Shown: positions 38,239-48,669 of the stretch, piece by piece | Layout of the letters: every line of letters begins with the position of its first letter | Position numbering within the stretch: position 1 is the first letter of the stretch | IMG/VR virus record: IMGVR_UViG_3300049435_000061 | Coordinates: 10,530-74,529 of that record | Reading direction: 5' to 3' (one strand) | DNA from: a virus | Length of the DNA stretch: 64,000 nt | Translations under genes and position numbers: made by a program | The notes under the pieces: generated by a model | Seen by the model: the letters and a program-made list of their open reading frames with translations, nothing else | What the model was told of the DNA's origin: nothing | Databases searched by the model: none

Positions 38239-39065
38239 TTGCCCACCAGGTTTTTGGCTATCGACGTGAAGTAGGCCCGGTAAAAGTCTCGGTCGGTGGC
38301 GTAGGTCTGGAATCGTGGATCGGTTGGGACGACTGGCGCATCGTCGGCCAACCAGCGCCGTAGGTTGGCTACCGCTGTAGCCATGTGTCGTCGCCATTCG
38401 GCGGCATCCTCACCGCTGAACTGGCGTGCCAGGTCTGGCATCACTGCCCTCTCTGAGCTGCGAGCACCGATTGCAGGGTGATGACAGCCTCATTGGCTCG
38501 GTCAACCCCGGCATCGACGTCGCCGCCGTCCTCGATGACAGCCAGCAAATCGTCAACAGCGGCTACCACATCGAGTTTGGCGACGTTGAGTGGCAAAGTG
38601 ACTGTGTTAGTGCACATTTCACTACCTTTACTTCGACTGTGTATAAAGATCAACCAAACCCATCTCATCAACGATGCGCTCGGCGCGGTGACGCGACAAC
38701 GTTGTGCCACCACCTGTGCCATACAGCTCCCTTTTGCAGTACATACACGATGAGCCATAGTCTTGAAGCTGATGGGACGCAATGATTCTAGTTATTCGTT
38801 CCACCAGCTCGTCGCGCAGCTCAACTTTGTTCACGGTCGGTCACGGTCCCACCGACGTCCGAGACAACGGCAGCCATTCGTTGTTGTACACCGTCGTCCA
38901 ATTAGGTCCGAGCGTAGCGACAGTGTTCTCGAACATCTCTTGGTAGGAATACGATCCTGCGCCGTTCACCAGCAACCGCCACTGGATGTCCAACACTGTC
39001 AGCTGACCAGCACCCGGCTTGGCCTGGCCGAAACAGTTGCGAGCGACCATCGAATGATTGCCCAT
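38235..39065 (-). CDS. four small hypothetical genes (38235-38444, 38441-~38617, 38628-38834, 38841-39065)
   Basis: tightly packed minus-strand ORFs. Confidence 0.55.
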
Positions 39066-39238
39066 CAGCGCCGCTTGGTCAGGTCAACGATAGGGTCGTT
39101 TGGGAACTGCCTACGCGCCGCGCGCTTGGCATTCCACTTGCGTTTGTGCGACTCGCCTTGGGCGGTCACCGCACCGTTGAAAGCACGTCTATGCCAACGG
39201 TACTGACCGTTAACGTCCCGGTAAATCTCGATTTTCAC
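39065..39238 (-). CDS. DUF1508/YegP-like protein
   Basis: EIYRD..GQYRW...A.NG...A.GE. Confidence 0.75.
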   Translation of the reverse strand: MKIEIYRDVNGQYRWHRRAFNGAVTAQGESHKRKWNAKRAARRQFPNDPIVDLTKRR

Positions 39239-39543
39239 GAGCCGACCACCGCACCATCCTCGGTCCAACGGAACTCACCGACAGGCCGATGCATTTGGCA
39301 GCCAGTGCAATAGGTGGCACCGTAGAACTTCGGGTCACGAGCATAGGTCTCGCACAACGCCTCACCCATCGTTGTCTGGGTACCGCACCCGTCAACGTGC
39401 ATGTAACTGCGACGCACTGGCCGCACAAAGCCTTTGGCCCGTTCCTCATCCGACAGGATCAGGTAGGCGTCGGCCTGCGGACCGGGTTGTGTGTCGGCAC
39501 CGTGGGTTAGGCGCGGGTCGTTGGGATCACTTGTGAGACTCAT
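39235..39543 (-). CDS. Zn-binding hypothetical phage protein
   Basis: YL.LS.EERAKGFVRPVR.SY.H..CG, TYC..C. Confidence 0.7.
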   Translation of the reverse strand: MSLTSDPNDPRLTHGADTQPGPQADAYLILSDEERAKGFVRPVRRSYMHVDGCGTQTTMGEALCETYARDPKFYGATYCTGCQMHRPVGEFRWTEDGAVVGS

Positions 39544-39805
39544 TGTTGCCTTCGGCTTTCTCGGTGGCGATAGCGCTCTGAGCTGCACCTATGTGCTGGA
39601 AATAGACGGTCCACCATGAGATACCCATGATGATCCACACCGAATTGCGCAGGCCGGTAAGCATCACCACCAACGACAGCGACAGTGACAGCCAGAACAG
39701 GCATCGGTGGATGATGACGGCGCGTTTGCCGATGTGCAGCCAGTTGACCGGGTCGACCTTGTTGAAGCCGTTGACGACGACGCGCACCAGACCGGGGTGG
39801 ATCAT
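39527..39805 (-). CDS. membrane protein
   Basis: two hydrophobic helices. Confidence 0.6.
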   Translation of the reverse strand: MIHPGLVRVVVNGFNKVDPVNWLHIGKRAVIIHRCLFWLSLSLSLVVMLTGLRNSVWIIMGISWWTVYFQHIGAAQSAIATEKAEGNNESHK

Positions 39806-39998
39806 TGCAGGCTGGACCGCAAAAACTGGCGCACCATATCGGCGGGCCATTTGCTGGCGTACCGCTCGGCGACCTTCTCGGGGTCGAACGAGCAACCGTG
39901 GCCCCGGTGATCCTCGGGTGTCGAGCCGTCCAGCGCGCTCACGCGCGGCGCGTTTCCGCTGATAGGCGCGTTTTCCGGCATCGAGAGTGCTTGCGGCT

Positions 39999-40199
39999 CT
40001 AGCGCTTTGCCGGGCGCTGGTAACGCGGCACGGCAGCCTGATAATCGGCGAGGGCATCCTTCACCTTTGCCACCGCCACACGGGTTACCGCGCCGGTAGC
40101 CTGGATGCCTGCGAGCAGGTCGGCGTGCGCCTGGTCCAGCTCATCTTTGGCATCGCCGAGGGAGGTAGCCTCTGCTGTGAGGTCACGTTTGTTGGCCAT
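39999..40199 (-). CDS. hypothetical protein
   Basis: preceded by AACAAGATAGGAG motif variant. Confidence 0.65.
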   Translation of the reverse strand: MANKRDLTAEATSLGDAKDELDQAHADLLAGIQATGAVTRVAVAKVKDALADYQAAVPRYQRPAKR

Positions 40200-40387
40200 T
40201 GGAACTCCTATCTTGTTGGTAGGCAAAGGGTTTGGCGGGCTTGCTAGCCACCAAAGCTGTTGTGCCACTCAATATTTCGACAATTCTGAGACGGCATATG
40301 CCGGGACGCGGTGCGTTGACCGCCGGACGGCGGTTTCGCGCCTGCACCCCTCCCCCCATACTCGTTGCGGCGCAACAGGTTTGGCGG

Positions 40388-40543
40388 TCAGTACCAGTGA
40401 TTGCGACCGCCGACGCTGTGCCCTGTCGACCCCGCGACAAACAGCACAGCACCAAGCACCAGCAGCGCCACGCCGATCCAGAACAGGACCGGAATGCCGA
40501 ACACGAGACCGAGCACGAGCAGGATCAATCCGAGAATAGCCAT
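40388..40543 (-). CDS. DUF6131-like small membrane protein (51 aa)
   Basis: MAILGLILLVLG...GHSVGGRNHWY; GGGAG RBS. Confidence 0.7.
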   Translation of the reverse strand: MAILGLILLVLGLVFGIPVLFWIGVALLVLGAVLFVAGSTGHSVGGRNHWY

Positions 40544-41052
40544 CGTTGTTGTCTCCCTTTGGATTTGGTTTAGAATTTAGGTTTCGGATTTGGGCGGTCG
40601 GGGATGGTGACGGTGGTCATGGGCCATCCGGTGGCTGCCCTGCCATCGCCGCCGTGACCGAGAAGCCAGGCACCGCCGCGACCGCCACCGCCACCAGGGC
40701 CACCAACGGCAGAGGTCCGCCAGGCAGGCGGATGATGATGGCTAATGGCATATGTCACGTTGGGTCGATTGTCTATGCGGGCAGCAAGCACCATCAGGTT
40801 GCGGGCTACACGCTGCCGCAACGGCTTCCGACCGCTCACTCGGCATCCTCTTCGAGCTGGTCGGGTGCCGGTCCGGCGTCGCTTGGCGGCTGTGTGTTGT
40901 CCGGTGCCGGTCCCTCATGGGATGGCCTGCCATCGTTGTCGGGTGCCGGTCCTGAATCCGATGGCGGTTGGCTGCCCTCATACTGCTTGTCGTGTGATGT
41001 GTTCGACTTGTGCTCTTTATCGGTCATGTTTGTCTCCCTTATCTTTTGGGCG

Positions 41053-41454
41053 TTACGGGTTGATAGACACAATCGGCACAGGCGTCACCAAGCCGTTAGC
41101 GACATTGAAGACCGGCGTCACCACTGGCACAACAATCGCCACCACCGGCGCTGTAACCGCCGCAACCACCGGCTGTGCGGGCGCTGTAACGACATTGGCT
41201 ATCGGCTGTGCAGCCGCAACCGTTGACTGTTCAACACTTGCCACCTGCGACGACAGTGCCGCGACAGGTGCCACAACGGGTGAGCTGACGGTGGTGGCGG
41301 TGCTACCGACCGCCTGCGGAACCTGTGTTGCCACAACGGTTGTGGCGATGGCGGCGGTGCCAATCAACGGTGCCGCAACAGTGTCGGTCGGCAGCCCAAC
41401 CGGGGTGAACGTCAGGACGGCACTCATCAGTGCCGCCAACAGTGAGGTGGGCAT
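41053..41454 (-). CDS. secreted Ala/Val/Pro-rich protein
   Basis: AAGGAG RBS; signal-like N-terminus. Confidence 0.6.
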   Translation of the reverse strand: MPTSLLAALMSAVLTFTPVGLPTDTVAAPLIGTAAIATTVVATQVPQAVGSTATTVSSPVVAPVAALSSQVASVEQSTVAAAQPIANVVTAPAQPVVAAVTAPVVAIVVPVVTPVFNVANGLVTPVPIVSINP

Positions 41455-41464
41455 ACGGGTCTCC

Positions 41465-41845
41465 TTATCTGAGGCGCGTCTTGCCTCGTTGCGCATCGAG
41501 CGCGTTCTTCTCATCGTTGTGGGTCTTGCACAACGATTGAAGGTTGGTGTAGGAGTAGCGCAGGTCGGGTGCCTCGGCTACCGGGATGATGTGGTCGACA
41601 AACGCTGCCGGTCTTTTACAGACAGGTGAACGTCCGACACCGGCTGTCGGCGTCTCCCACTGGCAGATCGGGTCGTTGGCGATTTTGGTGTTGCGCAGCC
41701 TGCGCCATTTACCACCGCCACCACCACCGGCATACGACGTTGACGAACCGTCGCGTGGCTTCCATGCCGGGTTGCATTGCGGGCAACGCCTTCCGGTGAT
41801 CAGCCGTTGGCACCGTGGGCACACCCGTGGTGGTCTACTCGGCAT
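41465..41845 (-). CDS. HNH endonuclease (packaging-associated type)
   Basis: MP.RPPRVC..C, WRRLR, VDHIIP, NLQSLC..H. Confidence 0.88.
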   Translation of the reverse strand: MPSRPPRVCPRCQRLITGRRCPQCNPAWKPRDGSSTSYAGGGGGGKWRRLRNTKIANDPICQWETPTAGVGRSPVCKRPAAFVDHIIPVAEAPDLRYSYTNLQSLCKTHNDEKNALDAQRGKTRLR

Positions 41846-43219
41846 CGCGTATCGCCTGCATGGCCTGCGCCAGTGCGGCTTTGGCACTTGCCATCGCCGC
41901 ATTCCATCGGTCGACAAAAAAGTCCGCCGCCGCTTGGGCCACCACCTCAGCCAAAGGGTCCACCGTTGGCGTCCAATACTGTGGAATCTGTTGCGGCTCA
42001 CTAGTGATCGGCAGCATTGACCCGCCAACCACCACGCCGTCGACCACACGCTGTTCGGTAACGCTCCCATCAGCAGATATGCGACGCCGCACATACGATG
42101 CCGGAAGGTCGGTCATCCGTGCCCACGATGGGTTGTTCACCGTGCCACCAGCACCGCAATCACCGCCGCCAACACCAAACCCCAGGTGCAGGCGAAGATG
42201 GCAGCCAAAGCGAATGCGCTGGACGGCTCGTGGCGTGGGTGCGGCATTTGTCGCACCTACTGCCGCTTGAACAGTGGGTTGTCGGTGTACAGCAGCGGGT
42301 TGACGGTGCCGCCGTCGAACCGGACGGTGAACCCGGTGACATTGCCCTCGTTGAGCCGCTCGACCGTCAAAGCGTTCTGCTGGTCAGCCAAATGTTCCAT
42401 CACCTGCGCCATGTGCTCGACAATCTTGGCGACCTCCGGTGGCGTCATCGTCTTCAACCGCGCAGCCACCGCCAGATCCTCTTTGGTGGGTGCGGTCATC
42501 CGTTCATACACCGACCGCATCCGCTGGCCGGGTTCAGGTTGGGTCACTGTTGTTGTCCTTTACGGGCTTTGGTGCAGTTGTTGCACAAGCCGTCCTTTAG
42601 TGGGAGGTCTGCGACACCACACTCCGCACAGGTGGACTCATAGAACTGCCGCTCCATGTTGCGCCGCATATCGTCGAGAGTTGTTGGTGCGTGCGGGCAT
42701 TCACCGTTGAGTGAGGCCATCGAGCGGATGTAGCCTGGCGCATCGACACGCGCCGCGCCTTCGGTGACAGGCAAAACCACCAGTGTGTTGCCACAGCTTC
42801 GGCACAGCACAGCGACATCGCTGACCTGTGGCGCTGTATCGGTCTTGTCGCGCAGAAAACCGTGGGCGTCGAGCAGGCCAATGATGGCTTCGCTGGTGTG
42901 GCGTTTGATGGTGCGAACAGCGGCGCTGTCGTGGGCGAACGGCAGCATGTTGATGACGCCGTACTCGTCGTGGGGCAGCGAGGCCAGGTTGTTGTACAGA
43001 AGTTCGATGGCAGCCGCGTTAGGTTGCGGTTGCGGTTGTGGGTTTAACTCTGGGCTTGGGTTTGACATGACTGTGTTGGTCTTCCCATTGGTTGAGTAGA
43101 TCGTTGATCCGCATGTGGGTTTTGGCGGTGGCCCTCACCGCCTCATCGGGCGGCATGTCGGGCCGCACCATGCGGAGGGTAGACAACTCGGCGGTGATAA
43201 GGTCCTCGATTGGGTCCAT
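41835..43219 (-). CDS. cluster of five hypothetical late genes (41835-42140, 42137-42256, 42257-42547, 42544-43068, 43019-43219)
   Basis: overlap-coupled ORFs; GGAGG-like RBS at first gene. Confidence 0.6.
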
Positions 43220-43251
43220 GAGAAACCACCTCTGAACTGGGTGGATGGTAC

Positions 43252-43282
43252 AAAAAACCCGCCCATACGTTTTTGGGCGGGT
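43252..43282 (-). terminator. intrinsic terminator
   Basis: ACCCGCCCA/TGGGCGGGT stem followed by T-run. Confidence 0.8.
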
Positions 43283-43323
43283 CCGGTTTTGGACATAGTT
43301 GTGGTCAAAACTCGATTACGCAA

Positions 43324-43351
43324 AATCTACCAGGATTCCTCTATGTGTCAA
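43324..43351 (-). promoter_or_regulatory. putative late promoter
   Basis: TTGACA-16 bp-TAGATT with TGn extension. Confidence 0.6.
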
Positions 43352-43352
43352 A

Positions 43353-43845
43353 TTAATCTAGGGCCAAACGAACAAGCTCATCACGTGACGGCACCAACGT
43401 GTCGATGAACCCCTTGAGACGTTCGGAAAGCCGAAAATCCTCACGCCTACCGATGCGTTCGGCGGCGAACTGTTGGTGACGCAAGCGTTCGACGTCGTAA
43501 CGGCCATACTCAACTTGCTACCACATATTGCAGGTCCGCTCGCAGGGCATTAAGCCGTAGCTTCAAATTCGTTGTGGTACCGATCTTTACAGTCGACGGG
43601 CCGACCATCAGGTAATAGACAAAAGATGGCAATACTGGTGAATCAGTTTGCATATCAACGGAATCCGAATAGCGTTCCCACGCCGTATGGACACGGTGTG
43701 AAATAACAAACGCATGGACGACACAAACCGGCAATTCGTCAAACGGCATCTGATCACAATCGTGAAATGCACATGACGGAACCGGCTCCAGCTCATCTGA
43801 CCGGGGGAACCTACTAGCGTCTGGCCACATACGGTTACCCGTCAC
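43353..43845 (-). pseudogene. frameshifted GIY-YIG (T5orf172-like) nuclease
   Basis: VYYL...VKIGTT.NL..RL then +1 frame EYG..DVE..RH.QFA..R...RE.F. Confidence 0.75.
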
Positions 43846-43943
43846 CGGTCACACACCCGGCACACCCAGCCAGTGTTGGCGTGATACACCAACGGTTCGC
43901 CACACACCGGACACACCTGCTCGCCGTCATCGTCAACGGTCAT
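43842..43943 (-). CDS. 33-aa Zn-ribbon microprotein
   Basis: MTVDDDGEQVCPVCGEPLVYHANTGWVCRVCDR. Confidence 0.55.
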   Translation of the reverse strand: MTVDDDGEQVCPVCGEPLVYHANTGWVCRVCDR

Positions 43944-44373
43944 TGGCGGCAGCCTGGGCGTGACGGCGCAACTCACGATCCGCCTGCACCGGGCCATCAC
44001 CGGTGACCTGGAAGCCCGCTACCGGCCGCTCAGAGACCAGCTCAAGCCCTGGCGCGTCGAAGGTGTACTCAACCACCCGGTGATCGATCAGTGTGCGCAG
44101 CGTGGCCCGTGGGCAACCGTGCTGGTGGAAGCACACCGATATGGCGACACCTTCAAAGCCGGTGCCGACGTCGCGGTACCGCTGGCCGGTTTCGACGGCA
44201 GCCTCGTAAACAAACGTCACCTGCGTTTTGATCGGCTTGTCGACAAACGTGCCGGACGCATCCTCGGTGTAGGCACGCAACTTGAGATAGCAGGCATCGT
44301 TTTCGGGGCGTTTACACTCATCAGACTCGGCTGCCCGGCACATCGGCACCTGACACAAACCTTTGAACATCAT
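43933..44373 (-). CDS. hypothetical protein
   Basis: G.RYRD..TGFEG pattern; ATGA overlap. Confidence 0.65.
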   Translation of the reverse strand: MMFKGLCQVPMCRAAESDECKRPENDACYLKLRAYTEDASGTFVDKPIKTQVTFVYEAAVETGQRYRDVGTGFEGVAISVCFHQHGCPRATLRTLIDHRVVEYTFDAPGLELVSERPVAGFQVTGDGPVQADRELRRHAQAAANDR

Positions 44374-44588
44374 TTCTGTTGGCTCCCTTCACGTGGAACC
44401 TCACCGCTGATCAGGTAGGTGGCGAAAACGTTGGCTGCCGACACAACCCGACCCACCGGCTGACCCCTATAGGCGTCGATGGCCAGTGATAACGCCTGCA
44501 CACGAAGTCCCGGTGAAACCACCTTGGGCACCTCCTGTGCCAGTTTTACCTCATCACTCATTTCTATTGGCTCACTTCTGTCATTCAT
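44370..44588 (-). CDS. hypothetical protein flanked by 21-bp direct repeats
   Basis: ATGA overlaps at both ends. Confidence 0.65.
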   Translation of the reverse strand: MNDRSEPIEMSDEVKLAQEVPKVVSPGLRVQALSLAIDAYRGQPVGRVVSAANVFATYLISGEVPREGSQQK

Positions 44589-45544
44589 TTCTGTTGGCTC
44601 CCTTCGGTTTTCATTGGCCGACCTCGCCGGCCTGGTTGAACACTGTTGTTACGCGCCCGACGCGCGTCCGAAACCCGGTACACCGGAATGTCTTTGACGT
44701 CTCTGTCGTCATATGACCACTTCGAGCTGCCGATGCGCCGGTTGTCGGGCCGCAGATAACCTGCCGGTCGCAGCTTGCCCACTTTCGGATTGGCCCAGTG
44801 ATACAGGGTCCGCAGTTTCACCGGCTCGCCCAACATCCGCAAAACCCGATACATCTCCGGTATGGCGCAGCGGTAGTCGTCGGCACTTGCCAACAGATGG
44901 TTGACCAGTTTTTCCACCCGATGGGTAACCCCGCATGTGGGGCAGCGCACCTCCACAGCGCCCCGGCGTGCCATCAACCGGGTGGCGCACACGTGTGAAC
45001 GTTTCCGGCAGGTGGGTGCGCCGTCAGCGTCAACACATTTGCGATGATCGGTGATGGTGGTGGGGCATGGCCCACAAAACTGCGGCGGTATCGCCCGGTT
45101 CACCAGATTCACCGACCGTTTCACGTATTGGCGCAGATCGGCGACCAGCTTGCCGATGTCAGGGTCTTTCGCTAGCAGGTCGGCGTGGCTGGCCAGAAAC
45201 AGCGCAAAATCTTTGGTGGTGTAGCGGTATTCACTGATAGGCCGGTGCCAATTAACGGGCGGCATAGGCACCAAGCCATATTTTCGGGCCATCGCCCGCG
45301 CCCACCGCCCGATGGTGGATTCTATTTCAACCAGCAGCGCCGACGCTTTCGGGTTGTAATGCAACGTCTCAGAGCGCACACCGCTGTGGCGTCCGCCCTC
45401 GCCCATTTTGGTGTCGCCTATAGCAGTGTCGTGCAGATAATCCAGCATTGTGGGCAGCCGCAACAACTGCCTTCGCAACTCAGTCGTGCACAGCGGGCAC
45501 AAAAACAGGGTGGCACGGGCGTGGCATTTCTGGCATTCAATCAT
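44585..45544 (-). CDS. multi-Zn-finger/HTH protein, possible late regulator
   Basis: CQKC..LC..C, GPCP, C..CG, C-terminal TL..WA..GKL...YR..D. Confidence 0.65.
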   Translation of the reverse strand: MIECQKCHARATLFLCPLCTTELRRQLLRLPTMLDYLHDTAIGDTKMGEGGRHSGVRSETLHYNPKASALLVEIESTIGRWARAMARKYGLVPMPPVNWHRPISEYRYTTKDFALFLASHADLLAKDPDIGKLVADLRQYVKRSVNLVNRAIPPQFCGPCPTTITDHRKCVDADGAPTCRKRSHVCATRLMARRGAVEVRCPTCGVTHRVEKLVNHLLASADDYRCAIPEMYRVLRMLGEPVKLRTLYHWANPKVGKLRPAGYLRPDNRRIGSSKWSYDDRDVKDIPVYRVSDARRARNNSVQPGRRGRPMKTEGSQQK

Positions 45545-46010
45545 GCGACATCCCTTAAATTTTCAACGGTGAACACGTCATGCAAATGCAGTATTCGATG
45601 TTGGCAGCGTTTGCATTTGGCAACATCACCGAACCCCAAGTTTTCATACAGCATCGACAACGTCTCCAAAACCCGATATGCGGTGGCGGCGGTGCAGGCC
45701 GGGCACAGTGCGAAACAACTGTTCGGCCCTGCCGGTGTGTTGCAGCGGTCTATACGATGCACAAAAACCCGATAGGTGGGCATCATTGTGCACCGGGCGT
45801 GCCCTTCACACATTGCCGTTGTCGCGCCAATCCAAGAGAATGCCCATGCCCACCAACACACCGACGCCGAAAGCCAGCAGTATCATTGCAGGTTCCAAAG
45901 CAGGCGTCCGGTGAGCAGAAAGTAACCGCCGATATAGATAACGCCGATCACAAAAAGGTAGAGAACGGCCACGCACAAAGCTTCCACCAAAAACCGTTTC
46001 CAATTGAACT

Positions 46011-46547
46011 TCATTTCACCTCCACGTTCGATGTCACCAACACAATCGCACCCGGTGACTCCTCGACGTCGGCATATCTTTTGCGGCAGTGAATTTCGAC
46101 CACCTGTGTGTCGTCGTTCCACACAACGCCGGTCATCGAGTCACCAACAGCGCGCACCAGCTTGTCCAGGTCGGGGAATTTGGTGTGCGCCGTGCCTTCC
46201 CGTTTCGGCTTGGTTTTGGGCCGTTGACGAACAAAGGTGACGTCGAGCATGACCGGCCCGATGAAAACGTCCAATTGCAACGCACCATTGTCGCGTTTAT
46301 ACAACGGCTGCCGGTGCCGATAGTCGCCTCTCATGGCGACGGTGGCGGCACGGGTCACCATTTCCCGCCACGGACGCAGCCCTTTCGTTTTGTCGTAAAG
46401 GTTTCCGTACTTGCCGGAAATGATGTTTCCCTGCTGGATTGGCTGGCCGGGAACAATGAATTCCAACGTCTGGTGCCGGGTGCCGTCGTCGGCGATCCAC
46501 ACACTGGCCGGTGCCCAATCGACCGGCACGTCCTCGAAACCTCTCAT
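46011..46547 (-). CDS. rusA: RusA-like Holliday junction resolvase
   Basis: PG.P..QG, WR, PDLDKL.RAV.D.M.G.VW.DD.QVV. Confidence 0.9.
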   Translation of the reverse strand: MRGFEDVPVDWAPASVWIADDGTRHQTLEFIVPGQPIQQGNIISGKYGNLYDKTKGLRPWREMVTRAATVAMRGDYRHRQPLYKRDNGALQLDVFIGPVMLDVTFVRQRPKTKPKREGTAHTKFPDLDKLVRAVGDSMTGVVWNDDTQVVEIHCRKRYADVEESPGAIVLVTSNVEVK

Positions 46548-46631
46548 CGGCGGGACCCTGAAGAGGTGACCGGGAAGTGAAGCCTCCCAGCAGCGCTGCG
46601 CGCAACCACCGGTGTTTTGCTTTGCCCGTGT

Positions 46632-46816
46632 TGTGGACAAAATGTGGACATGTGGACCCATGTGGACCGGTGGCCTCCCCTCGCGCGCAGTAATGGGTCC
46701 AAAATATAGTTAGTTATACTAAAGCTCAGGTGATGATGAGACACGACTTCCGGTGCCGTCTCACCGATCATGAAAAAGGTGGACCCCACTGGTCCACATG
46801 TCCACATGTCCACATT
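46632..46816. repeat. putative replication origin: inverted TGTGGAC iteron arrays around AT-rich core
   Basis: 4x TGTGGAC (46632-46667), 3x GTCCACA (46792-46814), AT core 46701-46723. Confidence 0.7.
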
Positions 46817-46835
46817 CACAACTGACGTTTGCTGA

Positions 46836-48518
46836 TCATTCGACCGCTACCCGAATCCAGCGGTTGCCTTCACGTTTGACACGCCCGGTTCCTTCCAGCT
46901 TGTCGAGCGCCGCCGCCACATAGGGCCGGTCCCGGCCTTTGGCTCTGCGCGTCAAATCACCCTGTGTCATCGACCCTCCGTTCTCGTGCATTTTCTTTTC
47001 CGCCCACAAAGCAATCCGGCTCAACAATTTGTTGCGTTGATAGGCACGTTCTTCGTCGGCGGCATTGAAAGTCACACCCTGTAATCGGCCTTTATCTATT
47101 GCCTGGCTTTCTTGTGCCAACATCAGTTCCGACTTCACCCATGCCCGTGTGTGATCACTCACCCGCGAGGCAATACCGGACAGCCGCCAATCCTCCAACG
47201 TCATTTCATGCCGCCCATCGAGCACCGCTAAGGCGTAGGCGAATTTCTCCCGAATAAACAATGCGTGACCGTCGATGTCGTCGGCCTCGCCACGAACAAT
47301 CCGAACCCGTTCATCGACTATCAGCTCGGTGGCCTCATACGGAATTTTCAGCTCGGTCGGAAACCGCCAAACATTCGGTGAGGGCAGTTCGAGCGGCGCA
47401 CCCATTGTCGGTCTTTCAGCGGTGATGCGGGAATCGCTGGCCGGAAACCACATGAACCGCTGCAATGTACCGCCGTAAATGTCATCCATCAGCGCGCCCG
47501 CTTTCGCTGGCTGGACACTCACCACCAACGTCATTCGGTAGGTGTGCTTGGCCAAATGTAGGCTGCTGGCTGTGCGGTAGGAGAACCCCAACGTGCCACC
47601 CGAGAAAGCACTACGCAGAATAGACGGCAGTGTGGCACCTGCGCGTTGGGACAGTGTTGCCATCGTGTCTATCTCGTCGGCGACAAACATCACCGACTCG
47701 TGCAGCCCTGGCGGCTCCCCGGTTTCTTTGTTGGCCGGTTTCACATAGGCGTCGATCACACCTTCACCGGACCCTAGATTGCGGGTCAACACATTCCGGT
47801 TGACCAGGTGATCGGCAACCGCCATCACAGAGTCTTTCCCGCCGCCTGATTTGGCCGCTATCGCCACAAACCAGTTGAGCGACCCTTTCCCACCAATAAT
47901 CGGCGGCAGTGTGACGTGCGGGTTAACCAATGCCAAAGCGCGTGCGGCACAATTGCCTAGCACCGCCCATGGTGAACACATTTGCGCCAGCGCCGACAGG
48001 TAGATGTTTTGCAACGATTCCCGCGACGTCCAAAACCCGCGTTCCAAAGACAAAACATCTTTCAGCTCAACCGTTTCGACCGACGTGTCATCGAGCAGGA
48101 TTGTGCGGCCCGCTTTGGTTCCCACATTGGACAGGTCGCGTGGATTGTCGAAGCCTTTCCGGCGTGCATTGCGCAGGGTGTCCTCAACCGATTTTTCGCC
48201 GTCATCCTGTTCCAACCGGTTGTCCCGGCAGGCGTCGCGCAAAGCGTTGTAGACGGTGGTTTCATCGAGTGCACCGGCAGCCACAATCTCGTACAGGTTG
48301 GCGGCAGCCGGGAACAGGGTTTTCTGCCGCTGCCCTTCCGGCGCGGCGCGGACTTTGGCTGTCTCCTCGTCAAAAGCCTTCCCGGCCCAAGACACCACCA
48401 CCGCCGATTTCGGGTCACCACGGCGCGGCTGGGCGGCTGCAATCGCCTTTTGGGCGGCGTTGGCCCGGTCCACATAGGGTTCGTCTTCCCACGGTGCACG
48501 GTTGGGCTTATCGGCCAT
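46836..48518 (-). CDS. primase C-terminal domain plus P-loop helicase-like protein
   Basis: A.EG.R...LF.AA N-terminal domain; Walker A AKSGGGKD; Walker B FVADE. Confidence 0.8.
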   Translation of the reverse strand: MADKPNRAPWEDEPYVDRANAAQKAIAAAQPRRGDPKSAVVVSWAGKAFDEETAKVRAAPEGQRQKTLFPAAANLYEIVAAGALDETTVYNALRDACRDNRLEQDDGEKSVEDTLRNARRKGFDNPRDLSNVGTKAGRTILLDDTSVETVELKDVLSLERGFWTSRESLQNIYLSALAQMCSPWAVLGNCAARALALVNPHVTLPPIIGGKGSLNWFVAIAAKSGGGKDSVMAVADHLVNRNVLTRNLGSGEGVIDAYVKPANKETGEPPGLHESVMFVADEIDTMATLSQRAGATLPSILRSAFSGGTLGFSYRTASSLHLAKHTYRMTLVVSVQPAKAGALMDDIYGGTLQRFMWFPASDSRITAERPTMGAPLELPSPNVWRFPTELKIPYEATELIVDERVRIVRGEADDIDGHALFIREKFAYALAVLDGRHEMTLEDWRLSGIASRVSDHTRAWVKSELMLAQESQAIDKGRLQGVTFNAADEERAYQRNKLLSRIALWAEKKMHENGGSMTQGDLTRRAKGRDRPYVAAALDKLEGTGRVKREGNRWIRVAVE

Positions 48519-48669
48519 GAGCCTCGGGGTGACAGATGGTGCAGCGGCAACCGAAGTCTTGGCTGATCATCACGCGGACCTTGTGTGCCCACACCGCGCC
48601 GCGCTGCTCGTAGGTGATCACCACATACAGCCACAGGATCGTGTTGGCGTAGAACGCGACGGAGTTCAT
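48508..48669 (-). CDS. 53-aa hypothetical protein
   Basis: ATGA overlap with prim-pol stop. Confidence 0.5.
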   Translation of the reverse strand: MNSVAFYANTILWLYVVITYEQRGAVWAHKVRVMISQDFGCRCTICHPEAHGR

